64,000 nucleotides of DNA. Origin: Chrysomallon squamiferum. Lineage: Eukaryota; Animalia; Mollusca. Made by a program: the position numbers and the translations under genes. Numbering within the stretch: the stretch's first letter is position 1; the number at the start of each line of letters is the position of its first letter. The notes under the pieces were generated by a model. That model did not search any database. It had not been told where the DNA came from and saw only the letters and a list, made by a program, of their open reading frames with translations. Shown one piece after another: positions 51,201 to 64,000 of this stretch. Location: contig CM022669.1 of assembly GCA_012295275.1 (NCBI GenBank), forward strand, positions 14,446,001 through 14,510,000, read 5' to 3'.

Positions 51201-54200
51201 GTAATTTTAAAAATTAGTGTTTAACAAGATAAAATATAATTCAGGTCTTCAACATACATGAAATTATAAATAAGTTTGATAAAAGAAAGAAAAACAAAAA
51301 TTGCATTTATGGTATATTCTTCCAGTGGGAAAAAAAAAAGAAAAAGATGGAAGCGCCATGAAAACTGGAATAAACATTAGTGAACGTTTTAATAGGAATC
51401 TTCAGCTAAAAACATGATTTAGAAAAACCCAGTTAAAATAGCACTATATGTTAATACTAATTGTACATAAAACAGTTCCAATATGTACAAATAATTCACA
51501 ATACAAGATACTTAATTGTCTTAGAAATTTCTGAATAATAATAATAATAATAAATAAATAAATAAATAAGGGAAAGAAAAAAGAAAAAATATATGTCCAA
51601 TAAAATAATTAATTGTAACTATAACTACTTTTAAATATAACAATAAAGAAATGGAATAATTTGTAGTTTTTGATATTAACTGAATCAAATCACAAGAATA
51701 ATAATTAAAATAATATTCAGATTTTTTTATATTTCAAAATTTAATAAACCTCCAAATAAGACTTTCTTAATGTTTTAACAAACCATTCATGTTGTTAATT
51801 TCCTTTAAAGTTTTAAATTCTTTTTGTAGTTTTAATTTTTTAATTATTATTGATATATATATATATATTTAAATTGTTTTTAAAAGATAACAGTAATGGT
51901 TCTTTTTAACAAATCTATTTTTGCATGATTAGAAAATATCAGCAATGAAGTTGAAAAAAATCTACAAGAAACCCAAATATTTTAAGCTCTTTTGCATAAT
52001 AATCATTATATGAATCTTTGCTATCCCCAAAATTAAACTATCTGGCAATTTCACAAAACACAAGAATGAATATCTATTTTATCAAAACATAATAAAATTT
52101 CAACATTATTCATCTCTAGGGCAAAAATAAGAGAAAGAACAATAAAATAAAATTGGTTATATAGCTTTAAAAACAAATCAAGAAATAAGGCAACACTTAT
52201 TTGAGAAATGATAAACAAAAAAACCAACTTAATATTTGTTAATGCACAAGCAAACACACAAAAAAAATGGACTAACAAAAGTATGTACATACATACAGTA
52301 TATACATTACATACATCCAAAACACATAAACGTACATAAGACACACACACACACACACACACACACACATTAATATGAACTGAGTAGTGTCTGTAATCAA
52401 CTGTCCTCTTGTATATAATTTGATACATATATTTTTAATGCCCGTTTCTTTTTTCTAATTACATGAATATCTGATATTTAAGATGGTTTTCTTACTAAAT
52501 GAAACAAATTCATAATACTAATTATCAAAAACAATACTTAAGAATAAGATACTAACATTACATCTTAATAAATGAAAACATTTTACTGTCACGCACAAGT
52601 TCTGTTCTTCTGGATTGCTGTATATTTGTATTTAAGTTAACTGGAAACAGATCAACGAAATTAAAATATATCTCAATGACCTTTAGATGTGGAAGGAAGT
52701 TAAAACTAAACTGTTTCAATGTTAAAAGCAACTCAAATCTTATTTAACATTCCATCATTTAACTTTTTGGACCTAATAAATCTAAGTAACAAAAAACCCT
52801 CAAAGTAGTCACTCCAAACAATGAAAGCAGGATTCTGTGAAGTAGATGGAAGGACGGAAAGATGGACGGACATTCCTGTGTGTCAAGCCTGTCTTAGAAG
52901 ACCACTCACTTTTAAATGTTTCTTTAATGAAAATGTATTTGTAGTAAAAATAATGAATTATTAAAAGTCAATCATGAATTTAAAACAAGCTAACATTTAC
53001 AGGAGGTGAAAAACACCCATCTTGGACATACAGTAAAGGAGAGAGGGCTTTTTTTTCTGCCTGAAGACTTGATGTTAAGGTATAAATCACATATTTGCAG
53101 TGCAATGGAAAAAAACACTAAAAATTCGTATTCTGCTACTTTTGGAAAGGTGAAATTGCTAATGATTATGGGTTTATCAATCACCATTACAATATTATTG
53201 TCGAAAACAATGGATCATTCATTTGCAAAGAGACTAACAGCTCAGACAAACCCTAGTTAACTCCTAAGATGTCTGTATTTCAATTTAAAAAACAAAAAAA
53301 AATATTTTTTCTTTCCATTGCATCACAGATAAGCACAATCCAAAGCACTATTTTACACGACATATTGAAGAAATACTTAACATCTTTACCAGTGAGGTAA
53401 ATAAGGTGATTTAACAATAAAACCTTTTAAGTATTGTAAAACAGACACTACCCAGAAACAGATTGTCAATTCTATAATAATTTAATGTACTGCACAATCT
53501 CTGAAAGAAAAAAAACCCAATCAGTTTAAGATACTCAAAAGATGACATTTTCACAAAGAATGCATCAAAGGAAAAATTAATATTTTTGTTGAAGTTGGAT
53601 TTGTTGTGTGAAAGGTCTACTTCAGTAGTCTTTCTTTAATTTAATGAATAAATGTTTAATCAGTCATCCTAAATGTAAACCAATGTACATGTCGATGGTA
53701 CACATGAGCTCATAATAAAACAAACAAAAAAGATTAAAATCCACACAAATTTGAGATGATGTATTAAAAACAGTTTTAGGAATGAAACTCGTCCAAAATG
53801 CGGTAACCGTCTGTTTTGAATGTCTGTTTGGAAAAACCATTTAACGTCGAAAACAAAACAAAACACCACTGAACACTGCCATTGTCACAGCACCAAGAAT
53901 GCATAGATTTTGTGTTTCTGATTTACATACAGTAATAATAAACACACACACACACACACAGGTTAAACAATCACAAAAGTTAAGTACATTTACAATCATA
54001 AAAATTTGTATAAAGAGTAAGTATTTAAATCTGTAGAACTAGATAAAATGATAAATCATGAAATACAACAAAAAATAATTAAAAAAAAACAAACAAAACA
54101 ATCTCCTAATTAAATTTGTTTAATAAATATATAAATAAAATAAAATAAAATAAAATAAAAAAAAATCATCAGTTTTAACTGTATAAAATAGAACCAAAAA

Positions 54201-54636
54201 ATAAAATGTTTATACATATGTCTGATGATATGATGGTGTAAGTTTTTATAATCATTTAAAAACACTGAAATAAAACAAAAAAATTTAAATAATAATAATA
54301 ATAATTAAAATTTTAACTGAAAACCTAAAAGAATACAAAGGAATGTTTTCAAAAATAGCATTAAATTATTAACGTTTGATAAAAAAAAATAATGGAAACA
54401 AAATTCCGAATGTCTGTGATATTCAGTTAATTATTCTTTATATAAATTACTGCATCCTTGCAATTGTTGGTAAAACTGAATGCTTAAAAATAAAGATATA
54501 TCCATGTAAAAATAAAATAATATAATCTGTATTATTGCTGAATTATTTTGTGAAATACTTCACCAAACAGAAGAAAAAACCCTGAAATATTCATTTTTTT
54601 TTCTTTTTTTTTTTACCTAATACAGATTTCAAAAAA

Positions 54637-54672
<36 letters not shown>

Positions 54673-54913
54673 AAAAAAAGACAATCATTATTACTTTCAG
54701 TACTTAGCAGTAACTGCCACTGAACTAGAAAACAAAATAAACAACAAAGTAACAATGATACTTATAAAATTACCATTAACAATCACATAATACTTATTAA
54801 ACTCCTTCTAGTATAGAGAATATCAATTAAAATGATTCAGCAGATATTATTATTTCATTATGTTTAATGTGCTTTATTTTCTTTTTCACTTATGTAAAAA
54901 CTGCTTTCTTTTT

Positions 54914-54956
<43 letters not shown>

Positions 54957-57900
54957 TATAACTGCATTTTTCTATAAACAAAAACAATCTATCATAATAT
55001 TCTATTAAGGCACAATGCAGCAGTGAAGGAACATCATACTTCCAATGACCATGAAATATTACTACAAGCGGAGAATAAGCAAATGCTGAGTAGCTTACAA
55101 TCATTCCCTATTCAAATACTATGATGGTTTTCATCTAGCAAAATTTCACCATTGTGTTTATGGTTAAATGACTAGTCAACATTTTAGCTTGGAAAAAAAA
55201 AAAAATATATATACATATATACACACATACATATAATAATAAATAAAACAAATGTAGCTAGATAAAACTTTTTAAAAATAAATTTAGATTAAAACTTCAA
55301 TTTCTTTAAAAATAATATTAAAAAAAAAACACACACACCAAAAGGTTTAATGTTATCATTAAAAAGTAAAATTAAAGCACAAACAGTACAATTTCTAAAT
55401 GTACAGTATATAATTACATCGCAGATCTTTTTCTGCGTCTTTCTTATATGAGCTTTGTAAATGGCAACAATGCATCTATAAATCTGTTTTGACATTAAGG
55501 AAGAAACAGATAAACATTTTGTGATCATAGTCCAAATAAAGCTTTAGGTTTTAATGTTTTTTATAAATGACAAATAAAACTGTATGGTATACACAAGACA
55601 ATATGTTCCTAAGTATGACTAGTCAATCCGATATTCATTTACTTTCTGTAGTACACAATGATGAAAAACACTTATAAAAAAAAATATAAGAAAAAAAAGA
55701 AACATTGATGTCTAATCTCATCTTAAACGCAATAACAAAAATGTATAAATGTGTCATGGTGAGTTGACAAGATTAATTTTTACTAATTCAAAATGATTTA
55801 TGACACATCAAGACATTTAAAAACATTATTGAATACTTATCAGTCATTAATGTCGTGTAAGCATTCATTTAAAAAAAATTATCAGACATTGATTAAATAC
55901 GAAGCTATTGCTTTAATCTCATTTCACAGAACTCAAGTATGAACATAAAACAATATTCTGATAAATGATAAAAGCAATTTCACTGTTTCTTTTGACATTC
56001 CTTTCTGTTTTCAAAATTCGCACGAAATACACCAACACACAAAATATTCTGCTGAGCAGGGCAGTATTTTCAATCTTGTTAGAAATTAATTTTCTTCAAT
56101 AACACTTTGATTCTTTTGCTCTATTATCCCTTCAGCTAAAATGCAGAAAACTTTTTTCATGAAGTTTCTATTAAATAGCACTGACTCCATTATTGTTCCC
56201 TTTAGGTGAAATAAGCAAAACACAAAAAATATTCTTCAACCGAACATGGAAAGTTTTCCATTTGCTCTTTGTAACAAAGCTATTCAATGTTAATAAGATT
56301 GTATTCCATATTTTTTTTTTTTTTTTTTTTCATCTACAGAATCATGAGAATGACATACTCTGAGAAAAATTTTCAAAACACAATATCCTTATTTCTCTGG
56401 CAGTTCTAGGGAAAAAACACATTTAGTAATAACCTAGATCTTGTTTATTTAATCATTTTCACTAAACTGCAGTATGAATCTGTGATGTTTTCTGATAAAC
56501 ATCAGTAAGAAATGGAATGCTGGGAACAGACAGCTGATGACGTTATAACCATGGTCAACAACATAAATATTAAATGGTCCTTCATTCTGTTATGTAAAAC
56601 AGTTTCAACATAAATGTCCGAATTCTTACTTCCTTTGTCTTTTTTCCCTTTGTCTTTGTTGCTTTTTCCGTTTTTATATTCCATTTTTCTTTCTCCTTCT
56701 TTAAATCACATGGCTTCACATTCTGAATTTGGACACAATGATAACAATTTGTATTCCTCTGTTGTGAGAGATGTTGTTACAGGAATGATGAACATGTATG
56801 AACAATTTACTGAATTTCTCAAACTGTTTAGCCTGGAATAGCTTTTCATCACATACAAAAAGTAATTAATTTAAAAAAAAATTTTAAAAATAAAAATGAG
56901 TATTAACTGATATGCAACATTATATGTTTAACTCAGAGAAAATATAAAGGCAAAAAAAAAAAAATTATAATAAATATAATAATAATTACATAATTATAAC
57001 AGCATATGTGTTACATAAATGTATATTAACAATACTGTGAAAATATAAAAAATAAGAATAATAATAATAACGAATAACATTAATGTAAAAAAAAAAAAGA
57101 AAAAAGAAAAGGATTAAATGACCAGTAACAATTCTTAATCAACTGTACATTAACTAAATATAGAATGATTATCTTCTCTCTCTCTCATTTTTTTAATTCT
57201 TTTTTCTCACTGCCTTGTTTGAAAGCATTTTTAATGTGTAAAAATAAATGGTTTCAAGAAAACATTTGTTTACAACTTTAATTTAATAATAATGATACCA
57301 TTAACCTGTCTATGTCATATTAAACACTTTAACCTCTGAAAAACAGTAAATGACTAAAATCAGAAATAACTGAATGAACCATATTTATCAATACTCAGTG
57401 AGCATTACCTTAATTAATAATATTTTAAATAATAACAGTAATAATAGAATAAAATTTAATAAGAAAAGATGAATTTTCAAAAATAAAATGACAATATGAA
57501 GAATTATCTATACAGCCAAACAAGCAGGAGGTTTTTTTTGTTATCATTTGTTCAAATGAGGCAAAAAACCTCAGTAGTACTATAATAATTAATCATGAAA
57601 CCACAAATAGCACCATGTTGTAATAATGATATGCCATAAAAAAAAAAAGCCTTACAATAAGCAATCAGATACCACACAACAAAACTGTGAACATGATTAT
57701 TATCAAACAAATGCAAAAAGTTTCAACAAAGGAAACATTTTCTGATTACATTCAACTGCACAACACATATATAGCTACCTTTACAAACATTTTATATACC
57801 ATTAAAATACTGCTTCAATTAATGAACAGTTCTGTGTAAATTAAAATGTTTGTCTCGTGCCTCAACTGTTTAAAATATAATACTTAAAGTTTTATTTATT

Positions 57901-60468
57901 TTTTTTTTTTTAAATATTAAAATAAAGAATTACGTTTACATTTTATCAACCATTCTGATATGTGAATATAACAATGATTAACAAGTTCAATTCTGAAGTT
58001 ATCACCAAATGTTTAGACTGAATTTCACCATTCCTTCTGTTGGTGAGAACTGATTTAAATTCATTTTCAAACCAACTTTAAAATTTTGCATAGGAACATT
58101 TATAAAAACATCTGAACAGAACAAAGACCAGTTGAAGTCACAAGATCACTAAAAAAAAGACGAAAACAAAATCATACAAACCTTAAAAATGAAAACCTAC
58201 ATTTTAAAACATCACTTATTCAGTGGAATGCATGACAAGTGAAAAAAAACACTAAAGGTTATTTACATGACAAAACTAAGCTTGCACTGTCTGTAACAAA
58301 CCAATACACCAGCTTAAATGAATATTTCTTTGGAAAATATTTGTAAATATAATCAACCAACAAAATCCAGTTTACTATCCTCGGAAACACTCTGGCCACT
58401 ACGCACAACAGTAACAAATTAATCATTTACTATTCTCTCCAAAACAAATGGTATCAGTAAACATTTCTTTCTACAGCCCAGTTTGTTTTGTCCTTGGAAT
58501 AACGAGTTAGTAGGTAACACTCAATGTAAGCACAAACAAAAATGAAAGAAACAGTGCAAATACTATAATGAACAATGTAAAAGGAAGATATTTTAAGTGC
58601 TAAAATCAGAAAAGTATCACTATTATCAGTATTAAAAAAGAAATAAAAATGTTAGACATGATAAATGAACTAAATACTGAACTAAACAAGTGAAATAAAG
58701 ATGATCATTTTACACCATTATTTACATGACATTACAATGTATTAGAAACCTATTGCACATGGACAAAACTCAATTTGTTGATATTACAAGCACAAACACA
58801 ATTACCAAAAAAAAAAGTATATATATATATACATCACATATTTTTATACATATAAAAATATACATTACACAAAAATTAATGAAATAACATTATAAACTGC
58901 AAATAAAAGCATAATTAAAAACATCTACATAATGGCACTTTATGACAAAAAGTAATAGCAACAATGGATTCATTCTGTACAAATAATGATAATGACAAAT
59001 TCTTTGCAGTTTTATCAGTAATCACCAAAATATCATAACTGGTATTTGTAAATGAAAACTAAGAAAATTAGGCAATTATAAATTAAATAGCCAGATTCTT
59101 ATCCTTTTATTATTATTATTAATATCTTATTTTGAAATTAATTTAAACTGAAGATTGGAAATTTTTCTTCTTTTTTTTTTCTTTTCATCAAGTTAAGGAA
59201 ATAATTATACATGAAGTATTACATATCTATAGAAAACTAAATTATATCAAGATGCATGACAAAATAATTATTAAAAAATGCATGTTTTGTCGTCTTTATC
59301 TTCATGACACAAACAAGCAAGGATAAAAATCTATGACTTTTATTTTATAATGGCCATAGCATATAATTAGTAAACAGATAATGTCATACAAATATATACC
59401 TGATACAGTATATAAAGATATTAACTGTGAAACAACATAATAATCTTACTTTAAAATGTTATGAATGAAACTGTAAAATTAAGTGAACATGAAGGTATGT
59501 GCAAAATGTTAAAAAAAAACAAAATCTTTTTTTTTTTGTTTTTTTAATTTTTTTGAAAATAAAAACAAAGGATGTTTGATGTTTGTGACAAAATGCAAAG
59601 TACACTTTATGGTTATTATAATTCAAATATCAATGTGTACCAATAAAATAACCTAACTGATGATGTGCTAATTAATTAAAAGAAAATGAAAACTTGTAAA
59701 CTTTAACATCAGCAGAATACTAAATTACATAATGCCAAAGGCAAAACTCCATTCTAAGGAATTAAAAAAAAAAAACTGTAAATATTAAGTCACATACACC
59801 AAAATAAAATGCTGCTTTTTCAAAAACAAAATAAACATGTTGATCTTTTAATCTTATCAGAGCTGAAATGAATGAAAAATGTTTAGTGCAGTATTCCTTT
59901 TACTGGTCAAATTCCAATCACAGCTAAGATTGCTGCTAATCCTCATCTGTTATTGGGTGAACAGCAGTTTCTTAGTAACAGATCTGAAATCGTAATTAAA
60001 AATATAAAATGTGGGTATATAAAACAGAATTATGTGGTGGTAATGGTAACTCCTGATGACAGGAAATATCTTCAAGGTCATGATTGCCCTATTATTGCAC
60101 AAATTATTCCAATGAACTCTGCAATGAAACAGCCTTGTAACAACGGCAAGAAAAAAAAACCAACAACTGTATGTTCCATAAAAAACCCACTGAGCACCAG
60201 AAAAACATTACTCAGTCATTTCTGATGTAGTTTATAAACAAATTCTTTTGTATGAAAGCCTTTTATTAAAAGATTTTTCTTCCTTTTTTAAATTTTTTTT
60301 TTCTTCTTCTTTTTTTTTTTGGAAAAGCTTCATGAATTCACAGTGAGTGTGTATAAATGAGTATCTTCTGTGAAACCAGCAGCAATTCTTGATGATAATT
60401 TTATAAAAATCTAAAATCAGCTGCGACGACGGGAAAAAAACGAAGAGATGAAAACGTAGAAAAATCAA

Positions 60469-60794
60469 TCACCTCTGATGAAGAGCGATAACAAACTTGT
60501 GACTGAACGGAGACACGTAATGCACTCCGGCTTCAGTGAACACTTTCTTGGGCAGGCCCAGGTCACAGAGGTAGATTTGACTTTGTGTCTTCATGCTGAG
60601 CGGCAGACACACGGCCAGGCTCCACTTGGCTTCGATCACAGAGCCCTCGCTCGGTGGATCAATGGCAATTACTGGAGCTTTTTTGTTATTTGTCCATTTG
60701 ATGAGAGACTTGTACCAGGTCTGGTCCATGAAGTGGGAATGTTCGTGACTGTCCAAAGCATTTACAATCATGTCTACTGGGCCAGCAGGCAGTT
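60469..60794 (-). CDS. EDC3: EDC3 last coding exon
   Basis: cag|AA LPAGPVDMIVNALD...KFVIALHQR TGA. Confidence 0.92.
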
Positions 60795-63734
60795 CTGTCA
60801 GAAAACATAGTAAGTTAAGTTAAAGCTTAAGGCAAACTAAGAAAAAAAAAAAAAAAATTCCTGAGTGATCATAAAAAGTAAGTTTAGATGATATGCAATT
60901 CATATAAATACCAAATATAAAATAAACAAGATTGACTTTTGTAACCAGAGATGATTTCAGAATAAAATAACAAACCTACTAAACATCAATTAAGACAACT
61001 TTTAGTAAATTATATTATGCTAATTAATTAATTAAAAAGCACTTAAAAAAAAAACACTCCCAGAACAACATAAAAATTTAACCTACACGAGTATGAAACT
61101 ATTCATAAACCATTTCATAAAATTAAGGGCAAGATATATCAGGACCACGGAGAGGGTTTATTTATCATGTTGTTATGATAAATATCAACTTGGTAATAAA
61201 ATACATTAAATAATATTGTTTTTTTTTTTTTATATTCAAAATCGCAGCTCTTACCTTTAGTACTAGATGTTCTTTTTCCATCACAGAGATCATACAGTTC
61301 GAGTTCTTTCTCCACCTCTGGGTTCATCTTGACAAAATTTGGCACGTAAACAATCGTTTTAACATTGTGGTTGCTGAGATGGCGACTGCAGCTGATTCCC
61401 TCGGCACCCTGCACGTTAGGACCACACAGCACTACGACAGTGGGCAGCTGATGGTCATTCTGAGGATTCAGTCTGGACAAGAGAAATTTTAACAGTTAAT
61501 TCAATTTCTGAGACAGTTCTTAAGCTGTTAATTAATAGGAAACTGAAGAAGATTAGTGGAACAAATGATGAAAAATAATCAGAAGTTCATGATTATGTAA
61601 TAGCTTTTTGCAAAGAAAACATGAAGACCCACCCCAAAAAGAAAAAACTGAAATGATTTTTGTCGTATTTAAGTTTGTTCTGTTTTTGTTGCAAGGAGTT
61701 CAGTTTATTTTACATAGCTTTTATTTATTATTTTCATTAGATTTAATTTCAAAAATCCACTGAGTTTTCAAACTATTTTACCATAAACATTCATTATAAT
61801 AAATTGTATTTCAGGTGAACTAATAAAAATAAAAAACACATGACTGCAGATTAATGAAAAGTACAAAGTAGAGCCTATTATATAGTAATATTTTACCTTT
61901 CTTCCTTTTCTTAATTTAAAAACCAGAACAATAACACAGAAATATATCAATAAAAAATTAATGTGCCCACCTGCTACTGCCACCAAGGAGCTGCAAAACC
62001 ATTTCACTGGCAGACCTACCAACCATTTCTATGTGACGATCCAGAGAATATCCATAGCCTTCAGCTATTGAAAACACCTTCGTTCTTAAACTGTACGTTA
62101 TCGAGGGAACAACGAGTCCTGCATCTTTTGAACAAAGACCAGTTAAAAGTGTTAGTCACAAATGAATAATGTAAAAAAAACTGACACCTACAATTCTCAT
62201 ACAAAAGAAGAAATATATAAAAGTAAGAAATGTTTAAAAAATTAAGACAAAATGTAATTCAAGATAGAAAATTCTAATAAAATCTTCACCATCTGTCAGT
62301 TTTTGTTACCGAAAAGTATCAAATATCTACTTTAGTTTTATTATTTGCAAAATAAATTATGTTGTTAAAAAGTGTACATCTTTTTTCTCTTTGTTTCTGG
62401 CATTTATATACGTTTACAATTTATTAAAAGTGAAATTTTGATTTTTGTCAATAAATATGTAAGTGAAGCAAAAATGGAAGGAGATTGAAATTATATAATG
62501 AATATCAATCTTGTCATTAATCGATAAAAATAATAATAAAAGTACAAATGTAAACAAAATTTCACAAAAACTAATTATAATATATGTATTTTTTTAAACA
62601 AATAATAAGAAAAACAAAAAATAATAAACCTTCAAAAACAAAGAAAAATGTTTTTGCATAAAGGTAAGAAAAACTAAATCGTGTATTATAAGATAGTATA
62701 ACAATTATTTGATCAATCCTTTCATTGCCATGCAACATACCTGTAACATACTCAATGCCAGCTGAGGTTGGCACCTTAATCTGTTTAAGAACTGCAGGCT
62801 TTGTTTTCAGAACATTCTCGTCACACCGATACTTAACAGCTTTCTTCTCAACAGTCTTAAAAACATCCGGCCCACCATTTTCAATCTCTTCAAACACAGC
62901 CCTCTTGTCGAAGAGAGCCAGATTTTTCTCAAAGTCAAATTCCTTTGTCAAGAAAGATTCAACAGGGGCACTGAAACAGTCTTCACGCTGAGCGCTTTTC
63001 CGCCCATTGGAATCTATTTTCCTCGGGGTAGTTGCCTTGCGTGCTTTTGATTCGGAAACTGAAATGGATTCAGAGCATATTTGACACAAAGTAAATTATG
63101 ACCAACTCCGTAGTAGTTAGGCATTTTTTTTTTACTGTTTCTTTCTAAAGATATGATTGATATTTAATATATAAAAAAAAAAATAATAGTAATTTAATAA
63201 TTTTATTTATATTAAAACGTTTTAAATAGTTCAAAAAACAAAAAAAAAACATTTATTCTGATATATACCATCAAAACATTATTAAAGTTATTTTAAAAAG
63301 CTGTTCTGAATACAGTGGAGATTTCAAATTTGTTTCTGTTGTTTATTAAAAATTTTACAAATATTTTTCAAAGAAAATACAACCACTTACAAGACTGTGC
63401 CCTTTTATTTTGATCACAATCTTTCGGCGGAGTCTGTCGGGCATTCCTGCTGCCATTATTGTAATGACAGTCGTAAGACACGTCTCTGGTTGGAGTCAGC
63501 CTGTTCACATAGCCATTGTTACCACAGTAACCATTGTTACCGCAGTAACCATTGTGTTGCTGGGTGTACGAACCAACAAGAACAGGCTGCACCACTTTCA
63601 CTGGCGATCGACAGCCAGGGTTCATCGACTTCTCAGCCTCTTTTGATAATTTGGATGGAGTTTTGGGTTTGTTCACAAATTCATGTGCATTGCTGCTTGG
63701 CTGAATAATTTTTAAGTCTCGAATGTCTTGAGCA
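60469..63734 (-). CDS. EDC3: Enhancer of mRNA decapping 3 (end of Lsm domain, FDF motif, YjeF_N domain); 5' exon outside the window
   Basis: Complement join 63391-63734, 62741-63058, 61971-62124, 61255-61472, 60469-60794. Motifs AQDIRDLKII, EFDFEKNLALFDKRAVFEEI, YRCDENVL, TDAGLVVPSI, LLGGSSRLNPQN, VVLCGP, YLCDLGLP, SPFSHKFVI. Confidence 0.95.
61255..61472 (-). CDS. EDC3: EDC3 exon (YjeF_N)
   Basis: cag|A LNPQNDHQLPTVVVLCGP...RTSSTK G|gtaaga. Confidence 0.92.
61971..62124 (-). CDS. EDC3: EDC3 exon
   Basis: aag|AT AGLVVPSITYSL...QLLGGSS AG|gtgggc. Confidence 0.9.
62741..63058 (-). CDS. EDC3: EDC3 exon (FDF)
   Basis: cag|TT SESKARK...FDFEKNLALFDK...IEYVT G|gtatgt. Confidence 0.91.
63391..63734 (-). 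CDS. EDC3: EDC3 exon (Lsm C-terminal end + disordered linker)
   Basis: cag|T AQDIRDLKIIQ...KRAQS T|gtaagt. Confidence 0.88.
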
Positions 63735-64000
63735 CTGCGAAAATAAATAGCACATGCTTTAATTTATTAAATGAAAAGATATTCATGTTACCATGACAAT
63801 GATGCTCTCATTATGTTTATACAACAGTCATTTTCCATTATATCTTAACTCTTCTCAGTCATAAAATACGATACAGAATTAAGTTTGAACTAAAAATCAC
63901 ATTATAAGATATTTATAATATTTACTCAGTCATGGAAACCATTTATTGAACTTAAAAATTATCCTATTTTTTACTGAAAGCAAAAGATTATATGACTGTT

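Noticed and set aside
56502-56841. Lys-rich 60-aa (-) and 75-aa (+) ORFs in the EDC3 downstream region
   Set aside because: In-frame stop shortly upstream, no recognisable domain, no phase-compatible exon chain.

Overview
Very AT-rich, microsatellite-dense, intron-containing animal genomic DNA (invertebrate-like; the species cannot be determined from the window). I reconstructed four spliced genes by hand from GT-AG boundaries and phase continuity. (1) An ATP8B-class P4-ATPase phospholipid flippase on +, 2129-27678, with its 5' exons outside the window. (2) A complete pyroglutamyl peptidase I, PGPEP1, on -, 40813-43241. (3) A complete oligoribonuclease, REXO2, on +, 43899-47821, head-to-head with PGPEP1. 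(4) The decapping enhancer EDC3 on -, 60469-63734, with its 5' exon outside the window. Also present are two oppositely oriented Tigger/pogo-like non-autonomous DNA transposons, one decayed TIR transposon (possibly Sola2-like), intronic foldback hairpins and mini/microsatellites. The top observation is a pair of anciently duplicated 99-nt, phase 0-0 exons in the flippase (2129-2227 and 4038-4136). They encode alternative versions of the TM1-TM2 loop and TM2 and differ at positions that align with known lipid-selectivity residues, making them a candidate mutually exclusive splice switch of flippase substrate specificity. The second is a 41-bp minisatellite built from a 3' splice site, which stacks eight decoy acceptors/9-nt pseudo-microexons in front of a catalytic-domain exon. 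Most ORFs in the supplied track are spurious low-complexity frames.
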